Shown here in pieces: positions 37,752 to 46,569 of a stretch of 64,000 nt of DNA. The stretch spans positions 350,459-414,458 of the forward strand of contig JBOEGF010000008.1 of the NCBI GenBank assembly GCA_050633305.1, in the 5' to 3' direction. Origin of the DNA: Nannocystales bacterium (GTDB taxonomy: Bacteria; Myxococcota_A; Polyangia; Nannocystales; Nannocystaceae). The position numbers and the translations under genes were made by a program. The notes below the pieces were generated by a model. It was not told the DNA's origin, searched no databases, and saw only the letters and a list, made by a program, of their open reading frames with translations. The first letter of the stretch is position 1, and each line of letters starts with the position of its first letter.

Positions 37752-39734
37752 ATGAGGCATCCAGCCCTGAAGACACGCCCCCGATGGTCGGGGCCCGGCA
37801 TTGGCCGAACCGCAGCGACGACGCTCGCGACCATCGTCGCGTTGGTCAGCGGTACGACGGGATGCGGCAAGACCCCGAAGACCGACACGGACGTGATCGT
37901 GCTCGGCTTCGATGGCATGGACCCCAAGTTCGTGCGGCGGCATGCCGACCGGCTCCCCAACCTGATGCGTCTCGCCGAGCAGGGCGGGTTCTCAGAGTTG
38001 GAGACCGTCATGCCTCCGCAGTCGCCCGTTGCATGGTCGACGGTCATCACGGGCATGACTCCGGGGGGACACGGCGTCTTCGACTTCGTGCACCGGCACC
38101 CCGGCGACGTCACGCCCTTCAGCTCCATGGCTGAGGCAATTCCCCCCGAGTACACGCTCGAGGTCGGCAACGTCGTCATCCCGCTGACCGGAGGCGAGAC
38201 CATCCCCTTGCGGAAGGGCGAACCGTTTTGGAAGAAGTTGGGCGACGCCAACATCCCCTCAACGATGATGAAGATGCCCACCGACTTCCCGCCGCTGCCC
38301 GCGACCAACGGCGCGGTCTCGGGCATGGGCACGCCCGACATGCTCGGGTCGTTCGGAACGTTTCAGTTCTTCACGGACGACCCCGCGGAGTACGTCAAAG
38401 AAGAGGTTTCGGGCGGCGAGTTGTATCGCGTGGACGTGATTGGCGATCACGTCACCACCTCGCTCTCCGGCCCGATCAACACCTTCTACAAGGACGAGCC
38501 TCGCTCCGAGGTTCGGATGGAGATCGACGTCGACCGCAACCGACGGACCGCCCGTATCGAGATCGGCGAGGACGTGATGGTGCTGAGCGAGGGCGACTGG
38601 AGCGAGTGGGTCGAGCTCGACTTCGAGCTCGTCCCCTACATGATGTCCGCCAGCGGCATCGTGCGCTTCTTCCTCAAAGAGGCCTATCCAAACTTCAAGC
38701 TCTACGCGAGCCCGATCAACATCAACCCCAAGCACCAAGAAGTCCCCATCAGCGAACCGCCGGAGTTTGCGGCCGAGATCGCGGAGGAAGTGGGCCTCTT
38801 CTACACGCAGGGGATGGCCGAGGAGACCAAGGCACTCTCAGCCCACGTCATCTCGCGGAACGACTTCATCGCCCAGGCCAACCTGGTGTTCGATGAGGAG
38901 ATCGACATCTACGACCACCTTCTGGACCAGTACCAGAAGGACGGTGGTGGCTTCATGTTCTACTACTTCTCGACCACCGATCAGGCGGCCCACATGTTGT
39001 GGGGCGACTACGAGAAGGAACTGATCCCGTTCTACGAGCGCGCCGACAAGGTCGTCGGACACACGCTCGACACGATCGGCGATGACACCACGTTGATGGT
39101 GATCAGCGACCACGGGTTCCAGCGGTTCGACCGCGAGGTCCACCTCAACACGTGGCTCATGGACGAGGGCTTCCTCGCCCTGGACGACCCCAACAACGCC
39201 GGTCCCACCCCAGGGTTCCCGCACGTGGACTGGGAGCAGACCCAGCTGTACGCGATGGGCCTCAACGGCCTGTACTTCAACCTCGAGGGTCGCGAAGGCG
39301 AAGGCAGCGTCACCGAAGACGAAAAAGCCGCGATCGAGGCCCGACTCGAGAAGAAGTTGCTCGCCTGGGTCGACCCCGAGACCGGCAAGAACGTCGTGCT
39401 CAAGCTCTACCGGCCCGAGGAGATGTTCGAGGGCCAACCCTCCGCCCAGATGGAGTTTGCGCCCGACTTCCTGGTTGGCTTCGCGCCGCCGTACCGCATG
39501 TCCCCCGCCACCGGCCTGGGTGCGGTTCCCTTCAACCAGATCAACGACAACCCCGACGAGTGGATCGGCGACCACTGCATGGCGCACGAAACCGTTCCCG
39601 GGGTGCTGTTCTCCAACCGTAAAATCATCGGTGAGAAGCCCCGCCTGCACGATGTGCCGGTGACCGTGCTTCACGCCTTTGGAATCGAAAAGCCGTCCCA
39701 GATGGTCGGCCAAAACGTCATTGAGTCCCGCTAA
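37752..39734 (+). CDS. Alkaline phosphatase family protein (phosphodiesterase/nucleotide pyrophosphatase-like), probable lipoprotein; paralog of 9986-12007
   Basis: Motifs LGFDGMD, SPVAWS, GTPD, DQAAH, SDHGF and WIGDHC. Lipobox-like TTGC. Confidence 0.9.
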   Translation: MRHPALKTRPRWSGPGIGRTAATTLATIVALVSGTTGCGKTPKTDTDVIVLGFDGMDPKFVRRHADRLPNLMRLAEQGGFSELETVMPPQSPVAWSTVITGMTPGGHGVFDFVHRHPGDVTPFSSMAEAIPPEYTLEVGNVVIPLTGGETIPLRKGEPFWKKLGDANIPSTMMKMPTDFPPLPATNGAVSGMGTPDMLGSFGTFQFFTDDPAEYVKEEVSGGELYRVDVIGDHVTTSLSGPINTFYKDEPRSEVRMEIDVDRNRRTARIEIGEDVMVLSEGDWSEWVELDFELVPYMMSASGIVRFFLKEAYPNFKLYASPININPKHQEVPISEPPEFAAEIAEEVGLFYTQGMAEETKALSAHVISRNDFIAQANLVFDEEIDIYDHLLDQYQKDGGGFMFYYFSTTDQAAHMLWGDYEKELIPFYERADKVVGHTLDTIGDDTTLMVISDHGFQRFDREVHLNTWLMDEGFLALDDPNNAGPTPGFPHVDWEQTQLYAMGLNGLYFNLEGREGEGSVTEDEKAAIEARLEKKLLAWVDPETGKNVVLKLYRPEEMFEGQPSAQMEFAPDFLVGFAPPYRMSPATGLGAVPFNQINDNPDEWIGDHCMAHETVPGVLFSNRKIIGEKPRLHDVPVTVLHAFGIEKPSQMVGQNVIESR

Positions 39735-39757
39735 CAACGCCTCTTGGAGGAAACGCC

Positions 39758-39943
39758 ATGCCCGCCGTCAAGCTCGACAAATCCATCTACACTCGTCTCA
39801 AGAAGTGCGCCGAACTGGCCGGTTACTCGTCCACCGATGAGTTCATCGTGCACGTGCTCGAAAAAGAGATGTCCAAGCTCGACGATGCCGAGAGCGACGA
39901 AGACATCGCCGCCAAGCTCCAGGGTCTCGGCTACATCGACTAG
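39758..39943 (+). CDS. 61-aa ribbon-helix-helix (CopG-like) protein with a C-terminal LxxLGY motif
   Basis: Strong SD GGAGG 7 nt upstream. beta-strand (AVKLD), helix, GYSS-helix pattern. Ends EDIAAKLQGLGYID. Confidence 0.8.
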   Translation: MPAVKLDKSIYTRLKKCAELAGYSSTDEFIVHVLEKEMSKLDDAESDEDIAAKLQGLGYID

Positions 39944-39973
39944 CAGCCCCGCTTCGTTCTCGTCTCGTTGTCT

Positions 39974-40813
39974 ATGGACGCCGTGATCAATACCGTCGGG
40001 CAGCTCTGCGGTGCCCTCTTCGACGGAATGATGGTGCCGATGCAGGCGCTGTCGCTCGGTTGGAGCCTCGCTGTCATCTCCACGCTCATGGGCGCGGTGA
40101 TGCTCGTGGTGTTCAAGTACACGGGCGACCCCGAACTCTTGTTCACCTCCATCAAGCGCATGCAGGCGTACATGATGGAGATGCGGCTGTACGACCGCGA
40201 GCCCAAGCTCGTGTTCAAGGCCATGGGCAACCTCTTCTGGTGGAACTTCAAGAGCATCATGTCGCTGCTCGGCCCCATGCTCTGGGTGACCGTGCCGATG
40301 CTCCTGATGTTCTTTCAGATGGAGCACTACTACGGGATGCGCCCCGTCGAACCGGGCGAGAGCGCGGTGGTCACCGTCAAGTTCGGCAGTCCCGACGATA
40401 TCGACGGACCCGTCACGCTCGAGGCCGGCGATGGCGTCGAAGTGGAGACCGGTGTGGTCCTTGCCACCCGCCGGTCCATGGCGAGCTGGCGTATCAAGGG
40501 CCTGGAGGAGGGCGAGCACACCCTCACCGTGCACGTCGGCGACTCGACCGCCGAGAAGTCCTTCCACGTGGGCACCGAACGCACCCGCGTTAGCAAGCGC
40601 CGGGCCCACGCCGGACCCGATGCGTTCGTGTATCCGATCGAGCCCCGACTCGAGGCCGGCCCGATCTCATGGATCGACATCCGCTACCCGACCACCGACA
40701 CGCCTTGGCTGGGCACGTCGATGCACTGGCTGTTGTGGCTCGTGATCGTCTCGCTTGTCGGCGCGCTGTTGGTCCGCTGGGCCGTCAACCTGGTACGTCC
40801 CAACACCCTGTAG
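39974..40813 (+). CDS. Membrane protein resembling DUF106/EMC3/TMCO1 (Oxa1 superfamily) with an inserted Ig-like domain
   Basis: TM1, a Met-rich helical hairpin, TM2 GPMLWVTVPMLLMF, a beta-rich insert, then TM3 HWLLWLVIVS. Confidence 0.6.
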   Translation: MDAVINTVGQLCGALFDGMMVPMQALSLGWSLAVISTLMGAVMLVVFKYTGDPELLFTSIKRMQAYMMEMRLYDREPKLVFKAMGNLFWWNFKSIMSLLGPMLWVTVPMLLMFFQMEHYYGMRPVEPGESAVVTVKFGSPDDIDGPVTLEAGDGVEVETGVVLATRRSMASWRIKGLEEGEHTLTVHVGDSTAEKSFHVGTERTRVSKRRAHAGPDAFVYPIEPRLEAGPISWIDIRYPTTDTPWLGTSMHWLLWLVIVSLVGALLVRWAVNLVRPNTL

Positions 40814-40973
40814 TTGGAGACCCCGCGGGCGGGCGGTGCCGCAGCCCACAGCGCTGCTCCGTTTAGCTCGCAACCCGGGATGGAGCATCTCGTCGAGCAG
40901 CGGCCCGGGAATTCGGCGGAGCTGCCCCTGGGCCGAATGAATCAACGCGGCGCAAGCGCGTTGGTACTCTGCG

Positions 40974-41999
40974 ATGGCACAATGGAAACTTTGGCTAGGA
41001 CTTACGGCCAGCATCGCACTCGTCTCAGCTTGTGACACGAGTTCCGGCCCCTCTGGGGGCTCCGGATCAACGACCTCAAGCGACGACTCGTCAACCGGTG
41101 GTGGCTCCGACATGACGCTCACCACCGAGACGAACCCAACCATGGATACCGCAACGACGGGCAACACGTCGTCGGTCTCAGGCTCGTCGACCGGAAGCAC
41201 GAGCACAGGAACCGCAGAAAGCACCACCTCCGTCGGGTCCACGACCGATGGAACCTCGTCGTCCTCCTCTGGAGACTCGAGTTCGTCGAGCACTGGAGAG
41301 GAGAACTCTTGCGAGTCCGAATCCCCCTACCTGGGAGCCGGCGAATGTGACCCTTACGGGCAGGACTGCCCGGACGGCTTCCGCTGCGTGCCCTGGGCAA
41401 ACGACGGTGGCACCACCTGGAACTCCACACGCTGTAGCGTCCTCGACGACGAACCCGACCAACTTGGCGACCCCTGCACGGTCAGTGGCACCGGGGTCTC
41501 CGGCATTGACTCTTGCGACATCGGGCTGATGTGCTTCGAGGTCGACGGAGACACCAACATCGGCGAGTGCATCTCCCTGTGCGAGTGCGGCCCCGTTGCG
41601 CCCCAATGCGGCGAGGTCGGTGCATTCTGTGCAATCTCCAACGACGGCACGCTCCCAATCTGCTTGAGCCCGTGTGACCCGCTCATGCCCGCGGGCTGCG
41701 GCGAAGGCTCTGCCTGTTACCCGATCAGCGACACCTTCGTGTGCGCGCCCGATGCCTCCGGCGCCTTCGGTGCCCAAGGGGAGACGTGCGCAAACATCAA
41801 TACCTGCGACCCTGGCCTCGTCTGTGCGACCGCAGCCGCGGTACCAGAGTGCCCGGTGGGGTCCTCAGGTTGCTGCACCGCGTTGTGTCCCCTCGACGGT
41901 CTGGACGAATGCACGGCCGGGGAATGCCTTCCTTGGTTCCCGGAGGGAACAGCACCGCCCGAGTACGACAACGTCGGGTTCTGCTCGACACCCGTCTGA
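40974..41999 (+). CDS. Cys-rich lipoprotein (Nannocystaceae-type paralog family)
   Basis: Lipobox VSAC, Ser/Thr linker, then CDPYGQDCP..C.PWANDGG..WN.TRC. Confidence 0.85.
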   Translation: MAQWKLWLGLTASIALVSACDTSSGPSGGSGSTTSSDDSSTGGGSDMTLTTETNPTMDTATTGNTSSVSGSSTGSTSTGTAESTTSVGSTTDGTSSSSSGDSSSSSTGEENSCESESPYLGAGECDPYGQDCPDGFRCVPWANDGGTTWNSTRCSVLDDEPDQLGDPCTVSGTGVSGIDSCDIGLMCFEVDGDTNIGECISLCECGPVAPQCGEVGAFCAISNDGTLPICLSPCDPLMPAGCGEGSACYPISDTFVCAPDASGAFGAQGETCANINTCDPGLVCATAAAVPECPVGSSGCCTALCPLDGLDECTAGECLPWFPEGTAPPEYDNVGFCSTPV

Positions 42000-42036
42000 C
42001 CACGGCGAGGGCCCCTCGGGCCCCACGGTGTCTGTG

Positions 42037-43374
42037 TCAGTCGACGCAGGCGCCGTTCTCGGCGTTCGCAAACACAAGATGTCGAATGCGGTGGCTCCCC
42101 TCGAATGCCGCGGCGTCCAGGACGGTCCAGTTCACCCCGTCCTCGCTTCGATAGAACTCCTGGCGCTCGTACCAGTTTTGCCATCCTCCGCGGACCGCGA
42201 CGAAGACGCCCGAGGTTGGGTCGACCGCGACGGTTCCAAGGTCGAGGTCCGGCACCATGGGCTCGGACTCCCAGACCACACCGTCGGCGCTCGAGTATGC
42301 CATCCCGCCGTTCCAAGCCCGAAACGCCGTGCCATCCCAGATCCCGGGACCACCGCCTCCGAACACAGACTGAACACTCCAGGTCTGTCCGCCATCGGAG
42401 GATGTGCACGTCTCTCCGTCGCGCCCCAGCAGCACGATCGTCTCATCTGATGACAGGATCCCCTGGTTGTTCTGCAGGCAGGCTTCGGGACGCTGCGCAG
42501 GCCGCCACCAACTTCCGCCCTCGTCCGAAGAGAGCATGATGTCAAGGTTGTCTCCCGAGGTCGCGATGATCACGAAGTGCCCACCCAACGCGGGCGCATA
42601 CGCCACCTGCCGGACGTTGTAGATCGTCTCACCGTTGGATGCCTCGAAGTCCGCTGGCGCGGCCTCGGTCCAGGTCGCGCCACCGTCGGAGGAGACCAAA
42701 GGCTGCCGGGCTCCGGCTAAGAACGTGCCATTGCCATAGGCCAGCCCCCCAAACGTGGTGCCCTCCACGACGGTCTCCCACGTCATGCCATCCTGACTGC
42801 GCCGAACCGATCCGGGTGGACCCCAACCCCATGTTGCCACCCACCAGCCTTCGCCATGCGCGATCCCCTGGGCCGCGCCGGGGTGATGGTCGCAGTCACA
42901 GTTGTTGACTTGCTGTTCGCATCCGTTGCCGTTCTCCAGCTGACAGCCCGACGCGTCGTCGTAGCAGATCACCGGCTGGACCTCGCCGCAGACCAAGGGG
43001 TCCCCTTCGAGGTCGTAGGAGCGATTGCCCTGCCAGCTCTCGCCCAGGTCACAACTGTATGTGGTCCGGCCGATATCCCCGGACGCGAAGAACACGGGTG
43101 CCCCCTGCGCGCCACCTCCAGTCGAGGGCTCGTCCCCCTCAGTGGTACTTGTCGTTCCGCCAGAGACCGACGTGGATCCGCCGCCCGACGAGAACGAATC
43201 CTGAGGGCCCGATGCGGTCAACGTCCCAACTCCGCCGCTCACGGATCCCCCCGAGGTCCCGGACAGACCGGCCGTCCCCGAGGACGTCCCACCGTCGGTG
43301 TCTGCGTCCCCTCTGCCGCCGCACGCGCTCGTTGCAAGGATCCCCGTCATGCCAACCGCCGTTTTCCAACCCAC
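42037..43374 (-). CDS. BNR/Asp-box repeat (sialidase-like beta-propeller) lipoprotein
   Basis: Six or seven S.DGG.TW-type Asp-boxes and lipobox TSAC. Start inferred. Confidence 0.82.
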   Translation of the reverse strand: MGWKTAVGMTGILATSACGGRGDADTDGGTSSGTAGLSGTSGGSVSGGVGTLTASGPQDSFSSGGGSTSVSGGTTSTTEGDEPSTGGGAQGAPVFFASGDIGRTTYSCDLGESWQGNRSYDLEGDPLVCGEVQPVICYDDASGCQLENGNGCEQQVNNCDCDHHPGAAQGIAHGEGWWVATWGWGPPGSVRRSQDGMTWETVVEGTTFGGLAYGNGTFLAGARQPLVSSDGGATWTEAAPADFEASNGETIYNVRQVAYAPALGGHFVIIATSGDNLDIMLSSDEGGSWWRPAQRPEACLQNNQGILSSDETIVLLGRDGETCTSSDGGQTWSVQSVFGGGGPGIWDGTAFRAWNGGMAYSSADGVVWESEPMVPDLDLGTVAVDPTSGVFVAVRGGWQNWYERQEFYRSEDGVNWTVLDAAAFEGSHRIRHLVFANAENGACVD

Positions 43375-43532
43375 GGGAGCAACATACGGCCGACGTTTTG
43401 GCCCGTCGACGTCGGTCGAACAGGAACCTTGGTGGGCTCGAGCACGCTTCAAGCTCCAGGGTCCGTCCCCGCAAGAAAGGCGGATGAGCCGAGGTCGATC
43501 GCACCACCCACCTTGGTCATGGGAGAGATGCG

Positions 43533-45185
43533 ATGAGACGCGGTGCGATCCTGACCGCGGTGTTGGGCACAACCGGCTGTTACAGCGGCGCGACAGTGGA
43601 CGCCTCAGCTGTCGGCGAGACATCCGCTGGATTCGACGACGGGGGCTCCGGCGGCGAGACCGACGACGCCGGAGGAGACGGCTCGGACGACTCCGGAACC
43701 GACGACCCCGCCGCAGAGCCTACCGAGCTCAGCCGATGGCGCCGCCTCACCGCGAGTCAGTACGCCAACAGCATCGAGGTGCTGCTCGGGACGCGCCCGG
43801 ATATCGAGTCTTTCATCGCCGATACCGCCCCCGGGGACAGTCCTTTTCCCGCCAACGCGGGGATCGCCCCTCAGTCGGTGGACATCGACATCTATTGGCA
43901 GAGCGCACTCGCACTCGCCGAGGAGGTCACCGCCGAGCCCAGCGGGCTGTTCGACGGATGCGACCCGGTCACGGACGGCGAAGATACCTGCGTCGATGGG
44001 TTCATCGACAGCTTTGGCGCTCGGGCGTTTCGGCGTCCGCTCACCGAGCCGCAACGCAACGCACTGCGAGGTCTCTTTGACCAGGGCGCGGAGCAGAACC
44101 TGGAGCGGGGGCTCCAGATGGTCATCGAGGCCGTGCTGCAGTCCCCCAATTTCTTGTACATCGTCGAGTTTGGCCTCGACGCGGGACCCGACGGGCGCGC
44201 GGAGCTCGATGGCTACGAGCTTGCAACACGGCTCGCGTTCTTCCTGACCGACGCCACCCCCGATCCTGCACTCCTGAGCGATGCCGAGTCCCTGCACGAC
44301 CCGGAGGTTCTGCTCTCGCACGCGGAGAGGCTGATGCAGACGGAGGCGTTTCTCGCGGCTCTCGTCGAAGCGCATTTGCATCTGACCCACATCTCGCGGA
44401 TCGACAACGTCTCGCGAGCCGAGACCGAGTTCGACGACGAACTCAGAGACTCGATGAAGACCGAAGCACGCTCGTTCCTCGAAGAGGTCCTCACCGACCC
44501 CGGTACGGTGGAAGGGCTGTTCGTCACCCCCCTCGCCTTTCCCGACGAACGACTCGCCGCAGACATCTACGGGTTTGGCGGGACCGGCGAGGGCATGTTG
44601 GTCGACGATGGGTCGCGCGCAGGGTTGCTCACCCTCCCCGCCTTCCTGGCCTCCTCGCCGCCGATCGAGTCCGACTTCGAACCGGTCTACCGCGGCAACG
44701 CCGTCCGAGCTCGGCTGCTGTGCGACACCCTGCCCCCTCCGACCGTCGACACCAACTTTCCCGATGCTGGCGACCTGTCCCCGCGCGAGCGCCTGCGACA
44801 ACACCAGGAAGACCCCAGCTGCGCCGGATGCCACGTCCTGATGGACAACATCGGTTTCGGCCTGCTCAACTACGACGACTTGGGTCGATTCTCCCAAGCC
44901 GACGCGTTTGGCCCAATCGACGCGTCGGGCTACGTCCTCTCCGACGGCGAAGTCGAGTTCGGCGACGTCCAGGAGATGGCGGAGGTCCTCTCCACCCTGC
45001 CCCAGGTTCGAGACTGCATGGCGACGCAGCTGTTCCGCCTCGCGACGGCACGTGAACCCGACGAAGCCGACAACACCTCGCTCGCGCCCGTCCACGACGC
45101 GCTCAGCGAAGACGGCGGCGACATCCGAAAAGCGATCACCCAGCTCGTCCTGAGCGAGTCCTTCCGAACCCGGCGAGGAGACTGA
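43533..45185 (+). CDS. DUF1592/DUF1588/DUF1595-family lipoprotein with a CxxCH heme-binding motif
   Basis: Motifs RRLTASQYANSI, RAFRRPL, LQSPNFLY, YELATRLAFFL, R.GLL, PVYRG and CAGCH. Confidence 0.92.
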   Translation: MRRGAILTAVLGTTGCYSGATVDASAVGETSAGFDDGGSGGETDDAGGDGSDDSGTDDPAAEPTELSRWRRLTASQYANSIEVLLGTRPDIESFIADTAPGDSPFPANAGIAPQSVDIDIYWQSALALAEEVTAEPSGLFDGCDPVTDGEDTCVDGFIDSFGARAFRRPLTEPQRNALRGLFDQGAEQNLERGLQMVIEAVLQSPNFLYIVEFGLDAGPDGRAELDGYELATRLAFFLTDATPDPALLSDAESLHDPEVLLSHAERLMQTEAFLAALVEAHLHLTHISRIDNVSRAETEFDDELRDSMKTEARSFLEEVLTDPGTVEGLFVTPLAFPDERLAADIYGFGGTGEGMLVDDGSRAGLLTLPAFLASSPPIESDFEPVYRGNAVRARLLCDTLPPPTVDTNFPDAGDLSPRERLRQHQEDPSCAGCHVLMDNIGFGLLNYDDLGRFSQADAFGPIDASGYVLSDGEVEFGDVQEMAEVLSTLPQVRDCMATQLFRLATAREPDEADNTSLAPVHDALSEDGGDIRKAITQLVLSESFRTRRGD

Positions 45186-45188
45186 CCG

Positions 45189-46538
45189 ATGACTCTCATC
45201 ACCCGACGCAACCTCGCCCGCATGCTTGGCGGCAGCGCCGCTGCTGCTGCTCTCACCCCGTTCATTCCCCGGAGTTCGTACGCTGGCGGCAGCGTCTCCC
45301 CGAAGCGGATCCTCGTCATTTTCCAAGGCCTGGGCTACCTTGAGGACTCGTTCTGGCCCACCTCGGGCCCCTCGGGCGCCCCGACGGACTTCACCCTCGG
45401 TGCCACCCAGTCGGTGCTGGAGCCCTACCGCGATCAACTCATCTACCCCGACGGCTTGGTCCTGTACGGCGCTCCGTACTACTTCCCCGACGACGACAAC
45501 GAGCACGCCAGCGGCGGGTCCATGTGTTTCACCGGTTCGCTCAAGGACGGTTTCGCGACGGGAGCCTCGTTCGAGCAACCGATCGCCGACCACCTCTTCA
45601 AGACGCAGGGCGGTTCGTACCGCCACGTTGGACTGGGCGTCAACGGCGTCGCCACCGAGCACCATTCCAGCTTCTTCTATGGAGACCAACAGCCCGTCGT
45701 TCCGATCAACGGCCCCGTCGCGGCGTTCGACAACCTGTTCTCCGCCCTCGACATCGGGGAGCTCGACATCGAAGCGCTGCAGCGGCTACGCGCTCAACGT
45801 CGAAGCGTCATCGATGTGGTCCGCGACGAGCTGAACGTCGTGCACAACAAAGTCGGCACGGTCGAGAAGGACATCCTCGCGCAACACCTCGACCACCTCC
45901 GGGCCCTGGAGGAGCGTGTGACCGACTTCCAGATCGAGTGCACCCTCCCCGACGAACCCGCGGGACCCACCGACGATGCGGCTGCGATCGATGCGCAGAG
46001 CGACCTCATCGCGAATGCGTTCGCATGTGGCCTGACCAACGTCATGACGCTGCAGCTCGGACACGTCGACGGCAACATCAGCATGATCGAGGGCCTCAAC
46101 GCCCACGGCACGACCCACGCGGTCGGAGAGACCAACGGCGCGCCCGAGATCCTCGAGGACCATCGCGCGATCGACCGTTGGTGGGCCGATCGGTGGCTCC
46201 ACCTGCTGGACGCCCTCTCCTCGGTGCAGGAGGCGGACGGGACGTTGCTCGACAACACCCTCATCGTCTGGGGCACAGACACCACCACGGGGACGAGCTA
46301 CTCGACGGGGCCGCACCGACACTGGCGGATGCCCTACTTCATGGCTGGCGGAAGCAACTGGGCGTTTCCAACCGGGCGCTACCTCGAAATCCCACACCCG
46401 GACGGGGTCAGCCGAGAGGAGTTTGAGTTGTGGCAGACGAACCATCGCCTGTACTGCTCGATCCTTCAGCGCGCCGGGCTACCGGTGGACACATTCGGCA
46501 ACATGGACAACGGCAGCGGCACGCTGCCCATGCTCTGA
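45189..46538 (+). CDS. DUF1552-family protein (Tat-exported), partner of DUF1592
   Basis: ITRRNL twin-Arg signal, HLDHLRALE, AFACGLT, HGTTH and DGTLLDNT. Directly follows the DUF1592 gene. Confidence 0.92.
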   Translation: MTLITRRNLARMLGGSAAAAALTPFIPRSSYAGGSVSPKRILVIFQGLGYLEDSFWPTSGPSGAPTDFTLGATQSVLEPYRDQLIYPDGLVLYGAPYYFPDDDNEHASGGSMCFTGSLKDGFATGASFEQPIADHLFKTQGGSYRHVGLGVNGVATEHHSSFFYGDQQPVVPINGPVAAFDNLFSALDIGELDIEALQRLRAQRRSVIDVVRDELNVVHNKVGTVEKDILAQHLDHLRALEERVTDFQIECTLPDEPAGPTDDAAAIDAQSDLIANAFACGLTNVMTLQLGHVDGNISMIEGLNAHGTTHAVGETNGAPEILEDHRAIDRWWADRWLHLLDALSSVQEADGTLLDNTLIVWGTDTTTGTSYSTGPHRHWRMPYFMAGGSNWAFPTGRYLEIPHPDGVSREEFELWQTNHRLYCSILQRAGLPVDTFGNMDNGSGTLPML

Positions 46539-46569
46539 GCCGAAGGCTCGGCCCGAGCAATACGACGGG

